From assembly GCA_002363545.1 (NCBI GenBank), contig DEWF01000005.1, positions 44,294 through 108,293 on the forward strand: a stretch of DNA of 64,000 nucleotides, in the 5' to 3' direction. The DNA comes from Christensenella sp. UBA3217. GTDB taxonomy: Bacteria > Bacillota > Clostridia > Christensenellales > CAG-1252. The notes under the pieces are model-generated. The model was given only the letters and a program-made list of their open reading frames with translations. It made no database searches and was not told the origin of the DNA. The number at the start of each line of letters is the position of its first letter. Position 1 is the first letter of the stretch. Shown here one piece after another: positions 26,387 to 36,172 of this stretch. The position numbers and the translations under genes were made by a program.

Positions 26387-28279
26387 ATGTCCCGCAATCG
26401 CAAGGCGCTCATTCGAATTTTGGCGGCGCTTTTGATCTTTCTGCCCGCTTTGATCCTGTTTCGTTTCTCACCTCTGAAAACGGTGGGGGAAGTTGCGGAA
26501 GGTTGGCAGGTGAAAGATCCCCGTTTTTACGCGGCGTTTTGCCCCTTTTTGATCGCCTATTTGATCGTTGGCTACGACGTGATCATAAAAGCGGTGCGAA
26601 ATCTCTTTTCGGGTAGGCTTTTGGATGAAAACTTTTTAATGGTAGTTGCCACCTTTGGCGCCATTGCGCTTTTGGATCTTCCCGAGGCGTGCGGCGTGAT
26701 GTTGTTCTATCAGGTCGGAGAACTGTTCCAGCGCTATGCGGTGGGTAAGTCCCGCCGTTCTATTGCCGCGCTAATGGATATTCGCCCCGATTCGGCGCGT
26801 GTGCTCGTGAACGGGGAAGAAAGAGTGTTGATGCCCGAAGAAGTGACGGAAGGGGATATTCTGCTTGTTCGCGCAGGAGAAAGAGTGCCTGTGGACGCAG
26901 TGCTTACCGAAGGGGAAGTGACGGTGGATCTTTCCTCGTTGACGGGGGAGTCGCTCCCAAAAGTTTTGACTGCCGGAGAAGAAGTGCTGAGCGGCGCGGT
27001 TGACCTATCGGGTGAGGTGAGGCTTCGCGCAGTAAGAAAATACAAGGAATCCACGGTGGCGCGCATTTTGGACCTTGTGGAAAACGCTTCGGCAAGAAAG
27101 GCAAAGGCGGAAAACTTTATTACCAAATTCGCGCGCTTTTACACCCCCATCGTGGTGGGTGCGGCGCTTTTGATCGGGGTGTTGCCCCCGCTCTTTATCG
27201 GGCATTGGGGAGAGTGGCTGAAAAAGGCGCTTACCTTCCTTGTGGTGTCCTGTCCGTGTGCGCTTGTGATCTCGGTGCCGCTCTCCTTCTTTGGTGGGAT
27301 AGGCGGCGCTTCCAAAAAAGGTATTTTGATCAAGGGAGGAAGCGCGCTGGAACGGCTTGCAAGCGCGGATACCTTCCTATTTGATAAAACGGGCACCATT
27401 ACCAAAGGACGCTTTGAGGTGGTGGAAGTGTATCCCGCAGAGCGTGCCAAGGAGATCCTTGCCGCGGCGGCAATTGCCGAAGGCTCTTCCAATCATCCCA
27501 TTGCCAAGTCCGTTATGGCGTATGCTCCCACGGTGGATCGCGATGGGTTTACCGTGCAGGAGATGGCGGGGCGCGGCATAAAGGCTGTGAAAGGTGAAGA
27601 CGTTATCCTTGTGGGTAATGAAAAACTATTTGCCGAGGAGTGTTTGCCAATCGAAAAACGCGAAAATGCGGGAACGCTTCTGTACGTGGCAAGAAAAGGG
27701 GAGTTCCTTGGTGTTATCACGGTATCCGACGTGCCAAAGGAAAACGCCGCGGAAGTGATCTCTTGCTTGCGGGAAGAGGGGTGCCGCTCCGTAATGCTTA
27801 CCGGGGATCGTTTTGATGCCGCTAAAGAAGTGGCAAAGCAGGTGGGTGTGGATGATTTTGCCGCCGATCTGTTGCCGCAACAAAAGGTGGAATGGTTGGA
27901 ACGCATCTTGTCGGAAAGAAAAGGGGAGAAGGGCGTTTGTTTTATCGGTGACGGCATTAACGATGCACCGGTGCTTGCTATGGCGGACGTTGGTATTGCA
28001 ATGGGGGGTATCGGCAGTGATGCTGCAATAGAGGCAGCGGATGTGGTTTTAATGAAGGATGACCTTGCCTCTATCCCACGGGCAAAGAAAATTGCCGGGA
28101 AAACCATGCGGATTGTGCGGGAAAACATTGCGTTTGCGCTCGGCATAAAGGCTGCGGTGCTTTTGTTAACGGCGCTTGGTCTGATGGGGTCTTACGCCAT
28201 GTGGCTTGCCGTTTTTGCAGACGTTGGCGTGGCTGTTATCGCTATTTTGAATGCCATGCGCACGCTTGGATCGCGCTGA
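26387..28279 (+). CDS. P1B-type heavy-metal translocating ATPase (Cd/Zn/Co-type)
   Basis: SCPCALVISVP (CPC), FDKTGTITKG, MLTGD, GDGINDAPVLA. Confidence 0.92.
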   Translation: MSRNRKALIRILAALLIFLPALILFRFSPLKTVGEVAEGWQVKDPRFYAAFCPFLIAYLIVGYDVIIKAVRNLFSGRLLDENFLMVVATFGAIALLDLPEACGVMLFYQVGELFQRYAVGKSRRSIAALMDIRPDSARVLVNGEERVLMPEEVTEGDILLVRAGERVPVDAVLTEGEVTVDLSSLTGESLPKVLTAGEEVLSGAVDLSGEVRLRAVRKYKESTVARILDLVENASARKAKAENFITKFARFYTPIVVGAALLIGVLPPLFIGHWGEWLKKALTFLVVSCPCALVISVPLSFFGGIGGASKKGILIKGGSALERLASADTFLFDKTGTITKGRFEVVEVYPAERAKEILAAAAIAEGSSNHPIAKSVMAYAPTVDRDGFTVQEMAGRGIKAVKGEDVILVGNEKLFAEECLPIEKRENAGTLLYVARKGEFLGVITVSDVPKENAAEVISCLREEGCRSVMLTGDRFDAAKEVAKQVGVDDFAADLLPQQKVEWLERILSERKGEKGVCFIGDGINDAPVLAMADVGIAMGGIGSDAAIEAADVVLMKDDLASIPRAKKIAGKTMRIVRENIAFALGIKAAVLLLTALGLMGSYAMWLAVFADVGVAVIAILNAMRTLGSR

Positions 28280-28395
28280 TGGAGCGAATAAAAAAACGAG
28301 TAAATATATTACACTAATGCAATATTGCACAAGTTCAAAAATCATTGCTTCCTTGTGTAAATTCAGTTCGGTTTTTATAGGATGAAAAGAGTATA

Positions 28396-28422
28396 ATGAA
28401 AAAAAGACTGACTTTGTCAGTC
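28396..28422 (-). terminator. Intrinsic terminator of the SGNH gene (overlaps its stop codon)
   Basis: GACTGAC-aaa-GTCAGTC followed by a T-run on the minus strand. Confidence 0.6.
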
Positions 28423-30117
28423 CTCTTTTATAATAGTGCCTTCCAGCACAACGTTCACCACGTCTATCGTCATACGTACCGTCTTTTCTCCCTTATCGTT
28501 TTGCGACAGGGTATAGCGAACGTAAGACTCATTTTGTCCAATGCCGTTGTTCACGTAAATCACCGTTAGGCGTTCACCCGTTAAAGGGTTTTCCATGTTT
28601 TCAAGTCGGTAGTGCCCGGTAAAGCGTACCGCCACGGTATCTCCCACCACGTCGGGGTCGGATATGATGAGTTTTTTGTGTTCCGCAAAATAAGCGAGCA
28701 TGGATACCACGCAAGGCTTATTAAAATCAATGGCTTGTATTTCTATTCCGTAATAGTCTTTGAGGCCTTTTACCAGTCCTTGCAGATCGGTTTCTTTTGT
28801 GCCGGGCGCAATGTTGTTCACGTATGGCAAAACTTCTTTGAGCTGAACGTAATCGTCCACGTCTATTCCTCCTTCTTCACTGATCATAGATCGAATGGCG
28901 CCACGGGCAAGGGAATTCAGCACAAGGCTCAGTTCATACGTGCCGTCCGCATGAAAGGCAATATAACTTTTATTTTTGTTTAGCGCGCCCAAGATCTTGC
29001 TGTCTTGCAGGGTGGCTTCGGTAATAGAAAACTTTAAGTTTTCCGAAAAGGTTTTTCCTTGCTTTACGGGCATTTCTGTATAGCGGGGAACTGCTCCCAT
29101 GGTACCCGAAAAGTATGCTTCCGAAACGTCTTGGAAGGTTTGGGCGGAGAGGATGTTTGCTTTCACCGTTTCTTTGGATTCAAGGGTGAAGAACAGACGC
29201 TCCAACTGCTCCGTTTTGCATTGTTTGTAGTTATCAAGAGCATGGGGAGAAGAAAAGCCGAGTTCGGTCAGTTTCTCCTGTATCTTAGCGGCAATGATCG
29301 CGTGACCTTCGTTTAAGGGGTGTATCCCATCCCCACAAAACAGGGTGTTCCAACGCTCAAAATCGGTTTGGTAAACCTCTTCAAAAGCGGAGTAAACGTC
29401 CAAGAGCTCAAAGGGCTTAATCGTGTTCCCTTTTTCGTCCGTGACGGTGTTTTCCTTTTGATAATTTATTAACACGCTGTTGATCTCACGCACCAAAAGC
29501 CCCATCAGATCGTGGTATCCCTCGGCGGTTATGCCGTTTTGTGCCAAATAGTAGCGTGCGTAATCGGAAATGAGCGGGCTGTCGGGCCCTGCGGGATTAT
29601 ACAGCGTTTGCATGATGATGGTGGCGTTTGGGTTCAAAGTGCGAATATAGGAAAGCGCCTCGTGCAAATTTTGCTTGGCACTTGCTTGTTTTGCGCGAAT
29701 ACGATCGTAAATGCCTTGGGAAAGTTCTATCAGCATATAAGTGCGGTTGGTAAACAAAAAGTCGTTTCCGATGATGGAAATGTGTATCACGTCCGCACTT
29801 GAGATCAAAGATCTCACCATATTGAGTCCATCGTCCTCACGTTTCACGTAAGTGGCAAGATCGGCGGTGGTATAACCCGAAACGGCACGGTTATGATAGT
29901 CAAACTCATTGCTGTTGCCTATGATGCCGTAATACCCGTACGCTTCCCGCTCGGTAAGAGGGGCGGGGCCTGCAACCGCTTCCGCGATCGAATCTCCCAA
30001 AAAGAGCATGCTCGTTTTGTGTTCCGCTTTTTGCTTTTCTTCCGAACAAGCAAAAGAAAGCGCGGTGATCAGCGCGAGAAGAAAGAGTATAAGCAGGGTG
30101 GAAAGGGTGCGTTTCAT
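28417..30117 (-). CDS. SGNH/GDSL-family hydrolase lipoprotein with large C-terminal domain
   Basis: Signal/lipobox MKRTLSTLLILFLLALITALSFAC. Block I FLGDSIAE; block V GDGIHPLNEGH. AAGGAG RBS before the ATG at 30117. Confidence 0.85.
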   Translation of the reverse strand: MKRTLSTLLILFLLALITALSFACSEEKQKAEHKTSMLFLGDSIAEAVAGPAPLTEREAYGYYGIIGNSNEFDYHNRAVSGYTTADLATYVKREDDGLNMVRSLISSADVIHISIIGNDFLFTNRTYMLIELSQGIYDRIRAKQASAKQNLHEALSYIRTLNPNATIIMQTLYNPAGPDSPLISDYARYYLAQNGITAEGYHDLMGLLVREINSVLINYQKENTVTDEKGNTIKPFELLDVYSAFEEVYQTDFERWNTLFCGDGIHPLNEGHAIIAAKIQEKLTELGFSSPHALDNYKQCKTEQLERLFFTLESKETVKANILSAQTFQDVSEAYFSGTMGAVPRYTEMPVKQGKTFSENLKFSITEATLQDSKILGALNKNKSYIAFHADGTYELSLVLNSLARGAIRSMISEEGGIDVDDYVQLKEVLPYVNNIAPGTKETDLQGLVKGLKDYYGIEIQAIDFNKPCVVSMLAYFAEHKKLIISDPDVVGDTVAVRFTGHYRLENMENPLTGERLTVIYVNNGIGQNESYVRYTLSQNDKGEKTVRMTIDVVNVVLEGTIIKED

Positions 30118-30207
30118 ATAGGCTCCTTTGGCGTTAACCGCCTGCAATTATAAAGGATAACGATGGGAAAAGCAACGAATGCACCCCCTTTACCTTCTAT
30201 AAAAACC

Positions 30208-30236
30208 TTGACTTTCCCTTTCGGCAGCGATACAAT
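30208..30236 (+). promoter_or_regulatory. Promoter of the glycosidase operon
   Basis: TTGACT, 17 nt, TACAAT. It lies inside the listed 30163 ORF extension, which argues for the 30307 start. Confidence 0.5.
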
Positions 30237-30306
30237 AAAACGCAGAACGAAGGGTCTTCCCTTGAAAGGGAAGGGGCACTTCGCCAAAAAAGGGCAATGT
30301 CGAAAA

Positions 30307-31902
30307 ATGAAGAAAGAGTTTTCCGATTGTTATGATTTAGTGGTTTATCAAATCTATCCTCGCAGTTTTTGCGATGCTAACGGAGATGGCGTCGGAGATC
30401 TTCTCGGTATTCTTTCCAAACTTGATTATATCAAAGAGCTTGGGGCAAATGCGATTTGGCTGTGTCCCATTTTCAAAAGCCCGCAATGTGATAACGGGTA
30501 CGATATTTCCGATTACAAAGACATAGATTCCCTTTACGGCACCATGCAGGATTTTGATGCCTTGCTTGCCGCCGCCCATCAGAAAGGCATTAAGGTGATC
30601 ATGGATTTTGTGGCGAACCACACTTCTTCCGAGCACGAATGGTTCAAAAGGGCGCGCTCTTCCAAAGAGGATCCTTATCACGATTATTACTATTGGGCGG
30701 ATAAACCGCTTACCGATTGGAAAGCGGAATTCGGCGGCAGCGTGTGGGAATATAACAGCGCCACCAACGAGTATTATTTGCACTCCTTTGCGGTGGGTCA
30801 ACCCGACGTGAATTGGAATAACCCCAAGGTGCGCGAGGAGTATAAAGCCATAGTGGACTTTTGGGTGGAAAAGGGTGTGGACGGCTTCCGATGCGACGTG
30901 CTGGACCATATCTCCAAAGATTTTGAAAAGGGTCTTCGCCGCAACGGTCCCCATCTTCACGAATACATTCGTGAGGTGTTTGGAAGAGAGCATCTTACCA
31001 ACCTTTATACGGTGGGTGAGGCGGAAACCACGGAAGAGAGTATTCTTGCCACTTGCGGGCAGGATAGAAAAGAGCTCAAAAGCGTGTTCCAGTTCACGCA
31101 TTTGACCGTGGGAAGGCAAGGCCGATATACCCCCGTGCCCCATTGCATGGATCAAGTGAAGGATATTTTAAAAGATTGGGAAACCTTTACCGTTAAGCAC
31201 GATCTTTTGTACGTGCTGTTGACCGATAATCACGATCGTCCTTGGTTTAATTCCCGCACCGGAAACGACGGAGCTTTGCGCTATGAAAGCGCCACGAATA
31301 CCGCCGCCATGGTCTTTCTTTTGAAAGGGATCCCCTTCTTGTATCAGGGGCAGGAGATCGGGTGCGCAAATTCGTATTTTTCAGATCTTTCCGCTTTTAA
31401 CGACGTGGAGTGCTTGGGCTATTACCAAGAGATGAAAGGGCAAAAATCCGAGAAAGAATTGTTAAAAGAGATCAACTTCGGAAGCCGTGACAATACCCGC
31501 AGACCCTTTGCTTGGGACGGCACGGAAAAGCATGGGTTCACCAGCGCGAAAGCCCCTTGGCTCCCCTATGCCACGAGAAGCGGTGAGATCAATCTCGCGG
31601 ACGATATTGCGCGCGAAAAGTCGGTGTGGCGCTTTTACAAAGCGGTTTTGACCCTTCGCCGCGAGCACGCCGCCATCCGTCACGGAGATCTTACCTTTTT
31701 GTTGCCCGATAGAAAAAATTGCTTTGCGTATTTGCGCGAAGACGAAAAAGAAAAAATCGCGGTCGTTTGCAACTTTGAAAAAGGGCAACGCTTAGAGGGC
31801 TTACCCGAAGGCAAACTGCTCTTATCCAACAGCGATCGCACGCAGGGCGCAAACGGGGATTATGCACCATACGAATGCGCCGTTTACCTTATCACGAAAT
31901 AA
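30307..31902 (+). CDS. GH13 alpha-glucosidase / oligo-1,6-glucosidase-like
   Basis: VVYQIYPRSF, GVGDLLGI..KLDYIKELGANAIWLCPIF, DFVANHTS, GVDGFRCDV, GEAETT, DNHD. Confidence 0.88.
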   Translation: MKKEFSDCYDLVVYQIYPRSFCDANGDGVGDLLGILSKLDYIKELGANAIWLCPIFKSPQCDNGYDISDYKDIDSLYGTMQDFDALLAAAHQKGIKVIMDFVANHTSSEHEWFKRARSSKEDPYHDYYYWADKPLTDWKAEFGGSVWEYNSATNEYYLHSFAVGQPDVNWNNPKVREEYKAIVDFWVEKGVDGFRCDVLDHISKDFEKGLRRNGPHLHEYIREVFGREHLTNLYTVGEAETTEESILATCGQDRKELKSVFQFTHLTVGRQGRYTPVPHCMDQVKDILKDWETFTVKHDLLYVLLTDNHDRPWFNSRTGNDGALRYESATNTAAMVFLLKGIPFLYQGQEIGCANSYFSDLSAFNDVECLGYYQEMKGQKSEKELLKEINFGSRDNTRRPFAWDGTEKHGFTSAKAPWLPYATRSGEINLADDIAREKSVWRFYKAVLTLRREHAAIRHGDLTFLLPDRKNCFAYLREDEKEKIAVVCNFEKGQRLEGLPEGKLLLSNSDRTQGANGDYAPYECAVYLITK

Positions 31903-31915
31903 AACGGAGAGTATT

Positions 31916-34900
31916 ATGTTGTACGAAAAAAGCAAAACCGATCATTTGACAGACGCTCTTTTTAAAGAGCCCACTTGTGAGTATCGCGGAGCACCGTTTT
32001 GGTCTTGGAATGACGAACTTGAAGAGGAAGAATGCGTCAGACAGGCTCACATCTTCCGCGATATGGGCTTCGGCGGCTACCATATGCACCCTCGTTCGGG
32101 TTTGGCAACTCCTTACCTTGGCGATAAATTCAACTCTTGCGTGCGTGCCTGCGTTGAGGACGCCAAGGCGAATGGCATGCTTGCTTGGCTGTACGATGAG
32201 GACCGTTATCCCTCGGGTTTTGCGGGCGGCGCTGTCACAAAGGACGGACGTTTCCGCAGGCGCGGCTTGCTCTTTACCTCCAAAAAGAGAAAGGAGGACG
32301 CCGTCTTTTCGGAGGGCAGACAATGTGGCGGCAAAAAACTGCTTGCCACGTATGCCGTTAAACTTTGCCTTGGCAAATGCTTTGGATACAAGCGGCTTGC
32401 CGCGGGAGAAAAGGGCTTCGGCAAGCGGTTTTACGCTTATCTCGTCGTTGACGAGCCCACCGATCAATTCAACCAAGCGGGGTATGTGGACGCGCTTTGC
32501 AAGGATGCTTTGACCGCCTTTGCGGATTATACCTTCGGCACCTATCAAAAGAACGTGGGAGCGGAATTCGGCAAGACCATTCCCGCCATCTTTACCGATG
32601 AACCGCAAATGAAGTTCTATTCCATGTTCAAACATGCCATCTGTCCGAAAGAGGCGATGATCCCCTGGACGGACGATTTTGCCATGAGCTACCAAAAGGT
32701 GTTCGGCAGTGATATTTTGGATCGTTTGCCCGAACTGTTCTTTGAAATGAACCGCCCCTCGGTCAAGCGCACAAGATACCTATATCATACCCATCGCACC
32801 GAGCGTTTTGCGGAGGCTTTTTCGGATAACCTGGGTACCCGCGCCGCCGCCTTGGGCTTGGCGCTTACCGGTCACCTGATGGAAGAACCCACCCTCGGAT
32901 CGCAAAGCAGAGCGGTGGGAGAAACCATGCGTCATTATAAAGAATTTGGACTGCCCGGCATTGATATGCTGTGCGGCAGGCACGAATATACCACCGCCAA
33001 GCAAACCGAGTCCGTTGTGCGTCAACAGGGCAAAGAGGGTATGCTTTGCGAATTGTACGGGGTGTCCCGTTGGGTGGTGGAATTCGGCAAATTCAAAGAG
33101 GAAGGAGATTGGCTTGCCTGCCTTGGCGTGACGGCAAGGGTCCCGCACCTTTCTTTTTACAGCATGCGCGGTGAAGCAAAACGCGATTATCCCCCTTCCA
33201 TCTTCTATCAATCCCCTTGGTATTTGAAGTTCAAGATGATCGAAGATCATTTTGCAAGATTGAATACCGCGTTAACGCGCGGAAAGGCCGTGAATGACGT
33301 GGCGGTCATTCATCCGATCGAGAGTTATTTCCTTACCTTCGGCGGTGAAAAAAGCAACAAGAAGATGCGCGCTCGCCAAGAAGCCCGTTTTCAGGATCTT
33401 GCCAATTGGCTGCTGTTCTCGGGGTGTGATTTCGATTATATTTCCGAATCGCTTTTGCCTTCGCAAGTCACAGAAGATGCGCTTGCGGTGGGGCAGTGCC
33501 GTTATAAAAAGATCTTTGTGCCCGCTCTTACCACCATGCGCCGCACCACGTTGGACTACCTGGTCCGCTTCCGTAAGGCGGGGGGTGAAGTGGTGTTCCT
33601 CGGTGGCGTGCCCTCAATGATCGAGGGTGTTGCTTCGGATGACGTTATTGCCTTTGCCAAAACCTGCAAGACCCTTGCCTTTGAAAAGCAAGAAGTGCTT
33701 GGTGAGATAGAGGATCATCGAGTTGTGACCCTTACTTCCGAGTGCAAGCCCGAAAAGTACCTTACCACCCTTCGTGAAGATAACGACGGAAAATGGCTTT
33801 TCGTTTGCTCGCCGCGCGTGGGCTTCCCCTATCCGCATTCCGTTCCCGTCACCAACGAACAAGAGGTGGTGAAAGACCGCGTGCGCATCGGACTCAAAGG
33901 CAATTGGAAAGTGACCGAATACGATACCATGACGGGGGAGATCCGTCCGCTTCCCTGCAAGGAGGAGAACGGCGTCACTTATGTGACGAAGGTACTTTAC
34001 AACAACGACAGTTTGCTCTTGCATTATCAAGAAGGAGCATCTGAGGAATGCGGTAGTGAAAAAGAGAATAAAGTGCTTCGCACTTTGCCGTTAGATTCGG
34101 AAGCCATGCGTTATACGCTGGACGAGCCCAACGTGCTGCTTTTGGATAAAGCCAAATGGAGCGTGGACGGCCGCTATCATGCGCGTACCGACTTGGATCG
34201 CATTACCAGAAAAGCAAGAAAGGCTTTGGGACTTTCGCGCTATCGTACGGATCTGCAACCTTGGCTGCGCGAAGCGGAAGGGGAAAAATCTTCCTTGAGT
34301 TTGCTCTATTCGTTTGATAGCGAAGTGACACTTCCCGCGCATTTTGCCTGCGAGTATAAGGAGTTTACCCTTACGGTGAACGGGGAAAAGATCACGGCGC
34401 CTTCGGATGGCTTTTACGTGGATGCCGCGTTTCGCACCTATCCCATTCAAGTGAAGGAAGGGCAGAACCGTATTGAGCTTACCATTCCGATGGGAAAATA
34501 CGATTGCTGTGAAAACTGTTATTTGCTCGGTGCGTTTGGCGTAAAGGCCTCTGCGCGCAAGGCGTCCCTTTTGCCTCTTCCCGAAACCATCACCTTTGGT
34601 GATATCCGCAAACAACTCTTCCCCTTTTACAGCGGAAAGCTTATCTACCACACCACCTTTGAAGGGGTGGACGGCAAGGCGGAGATCACGGCAAAATACG
34701 CTTCCGCGCTGCTCACAATGTGGGTGAACGGCAGTGAAAAGGACGTGTTATTCGCACCGTATTCGGCACTTTTGCCCATCAAGAAGGGTAGCAACACCCT
34801 TGCGATCACGGCGTATATCTCGCGTGAAAACGCATTCGGTGCGGTACACATTCGCAGAAAGTACAAGCGTTCCGACAGCCCGAGTTGGTTCCACAAATTG

Positions 34901-34984
34901 GGTTTGCCTTGGCGGGTGCGCGCTTACGTCCTGGACCAAGCGGGCATCCTCGAACCTCCCGTTGTGAAAGTGGTGGAAGAATAA
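31916..34984 (+). CDS. Large putative glycoside hydrolase, family not assignable by eye
   Basis: 1022 aa. N-terminus YRGAPFWSWNDEL..GFGGYHMHPRSGL..WLYDEDRYPSG is typical of uncharacterised TIM-barrel glycosidases. Co-oriented 13 nt after the GH13 gene, with a GGAGAG RBS. Confidence 0.55.
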   Translation: MLYEKSKTDHLTDALFKEPTCEYRGAPFWSWNDELEEEECVRQAHIFRDMGFGGYHMHPRSGLATPYLGDKFNSCVRACVEDAKANGMLAWLYDEDRYPSGFAGGAVTKDGRFRRRGLLFTSKKRKEDAVFSEGRQCGGKKLLATYAVKLCLGKCFGYKRLAAGEKGFGKRFYAYLVVDEPTDQFNQAGYVDALCKDALTAFADYTFGTYQKNVGAEFGKTIPAIFTDEPQMKFYSMFKHAICPKEAMIPWTDDFAMSYQKVFGSDILDRLPELFFEMNRPSVKRTRYLYHTHRTERFAEAFSDNLGTRAAALGLALTGHLMEEPTLGSQSRAVGETMRHYKEFGLPGIDMLCGRHEYTTAKQTESVVRQQGKEGMLCELYGVSRWVVEFGKFKEEGDWLACLGVTARVPHLSFYSMRGEAKRDYPPSIFYQSPWYLKFKMIEDHFARLNTALTRGKAVNDVAVIHPIESYFLTFGGEKSNKKMRARQEARFQDLANWLLFSGCDFDYISESLLPSQVTEDALAVGQCRYKKIFVPALTTMRRTTLDYLVRFRKAGGEVVFLGGVPSMIEGVASDDVIAFAKTCKTLAFEKQEVLGEIEDHRVVTLTSECKPEKYLTTLREDNDGKWLFVCSPRVGFPYPHSVPVTNEQEVVKDRVRIGLKGNWKVTEYDTMTGEIRPLPCKEENGVTYVTKVLYNNDSLLLHYQEGASEECGSEKENKVLRTLPLDSEAMRYTLDEPNVLLLDKAKWSVDGRYHARTDLDRITRKARKALGLSRYRTDLQPWLREAEGEKSSLSLLYSFDSEVTLPAHFACEYKEFTLTVNGEKITAPSDGFYVDAAFRTYPIQVKEGQNRIELTIPMGKYDCCENCYLLGAFGVKASARKASLLPLPETITFGDIRKQLFPFYSGKLIYHTTFEGVDGKAEITAKYASALLTMWVNGSEKDVLFAPYSALLPIKKGSNTLAITAYISRENAFGAVHIRRKYKRSDSPSWFHKLGLPWRVRAYVLDQAGILEPPVVKVVEE

Positions 34985-35049
34985 CCCCTTTGGGGTTATA
35001 GAAAAGGCGTCCGCTTTTTAGAAGAAGCCTTTTGCATAAGGAGCAATAT

Positions 35050-35256
35050 ATGACGAGAGTGGAATACGTTAAGAATTTTGCGGGGCAGATACTTGCCATT
35101 TACGAGATAGCGGATAACGGGGATATCACCGTGCGTGATTTTTCCTCTCGTTTGATCCTCGGCTATTATCGTGCGGCAAGAAACGTGACTACTGACCTTG
35201 CCGGGCGCACCCTTTACAAGGGGAACATGGTGGGCATGCTCGTAAAAGCCAAGTGA
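35050..35256 (+). CDS. Small hypothetical protein (68 aa)
   Basis: AAGGAG lies 8 nt before the ATG at 35050. Internal duplication-like pattern (FAGQILAIYE..NGDITVRDF / SSRLILGYY...TTDLAGR). Confidence 0.45.
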   Translation: MTRVEYVKNFAGQILAIYEIADNGDITVRDFSSRLILGYYRAARNVTTDLAGRTLYKGNMVGMLVKAK

Positions 35257-35292
35257 TCGCGCCTTGTGTTCAAAGCAAAAAAGGAGAAAAAG

Positions 35293-35817
35293 ATGGATCT
35301 GATTGAAAGTTTTTCCGTTGACCATACCGCCATTGTCCCTGGCATTTTCGTTAGCCGTAAGGATCAAGTGGGAGATGGCGTTGTGACCACTTACGATATT
35401 CGCCTCAAACGCCCAAACCGCGAGCCGGTGGTGGACGTGGCAGCCATGCACTCGCTTGAACACGTGATAGCCACCTATTTAAGGAACGATCCCGCATGGA
35501 AGGATCAGATCGTCTATTGGGGCCCCATGGGGTGCCTGACGGGTTTTTATTTGATCATGAAAGGGGAGCGCGCTCCCGAACAGATCTATGACTTGGTGCT
35601 TTCCGCTTTCCGCCAAGTTGCCGAAGTGACGGAAGTGCCCGGCGCAACCGCCGTGAATTGCGGGCATTATCAGATGCATAATCTTGCCATGGCAAAGTGG
35701 TACGCCGCGGAGTTTGCCAGCTATTTGGAAGAGCACGCTAATGATCCCGCCATCTTCGTGTATCCCAAATCCAAACGCCTCATTACGGATAAAGGCGAGC
35801 ATTTTTACGATTCCTAA
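35293..35817 (+). CDS. luxS: S-ribosylhomocysteine lyase
   Basis: SFSVDHT, metal ligands HSLEH, GPMGCLTGFY. The ATG at 35293 (MDLIESF) is preferred. Confidence 0.9.
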   Translation: MDLIESFSVDHTAIVPGIFVSRKDQVGDGVVTTYDIRLKRPNREPVVDVAAMHSLEHVIATYLRNDPAWKDQIVYWGPMGCLTGFYLIMKGERAPEQIYDLVLSAFRQVAEVTEVPGATAVNCGHYQMHNLAMAKWYAAEFASYLEEHANDPAIFVYPKSKRLITDKGEHFYDS

Positions 35818-35859
35818 CGTGAAGCGATAAGGGAAGCTCCGCGACCAAAACTATAACAA

Positions 35860-35913
35860 AAAACGAACCTCGACTTTGGGGTCACCCCAGTTAGCCTTGG
35901 GGTTCGTTTTATT
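35860..35913. terminator. Hairpin terminator shared by luxS and, in the ancestral arrangement, tRNA-Ser
   Basis: AAAACGAACC...GGTTCGTTTT outer stem with an inner GGGGT-c-ACCCC stem. A-run on one side and T-run on the other. Confidence 0.65.
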
Positions 35914-35919
35914 TCCTAA

Positions 35920-35933
35920 TGGCGGAGAGATAG
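35920..35933. repeat. Left island junction: 14-bp direct repeat identical to the tRNA-Ser 3' end
   Basis: TGGCGGAGAGATAG is identical to 57131-57144. Confidence 0.8.
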
Positions 35934-36172
35934 TAACCAAAATTGATTTTTTTTTGCGGCTCGCGCTTTTCTGTTGAGAAAATTGCAACTTTTTACAATA
36001 ATTCTCAATACTCCTCGGGTGTCCTTTAAGCATGTCAATCATATTTGAATTACGAAATTTGTGTAAAGTTACACATTTTTCGGAATTTTCTAAATCTGTT
36101 TTTCTTAAAAGTTTTGCTGTCCGCTTTTTCGTACATCGAATATGTTATTTTCAAATAAAGGAGACGAAGTAG

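Noticed and set aside
30337-32695. 272-aa and 267-aa minus-strand ORFs (30337..31155, 31892..32695)
   Set aside because: They are antisense shadows of the GH13 gene and the large glycosidase gene.
35851-36042. 63-aa minus-strand ORF
   Set aside because: It spans the terminator hairpin, the att repeat and the island edge, which makes it implausible as a gene.
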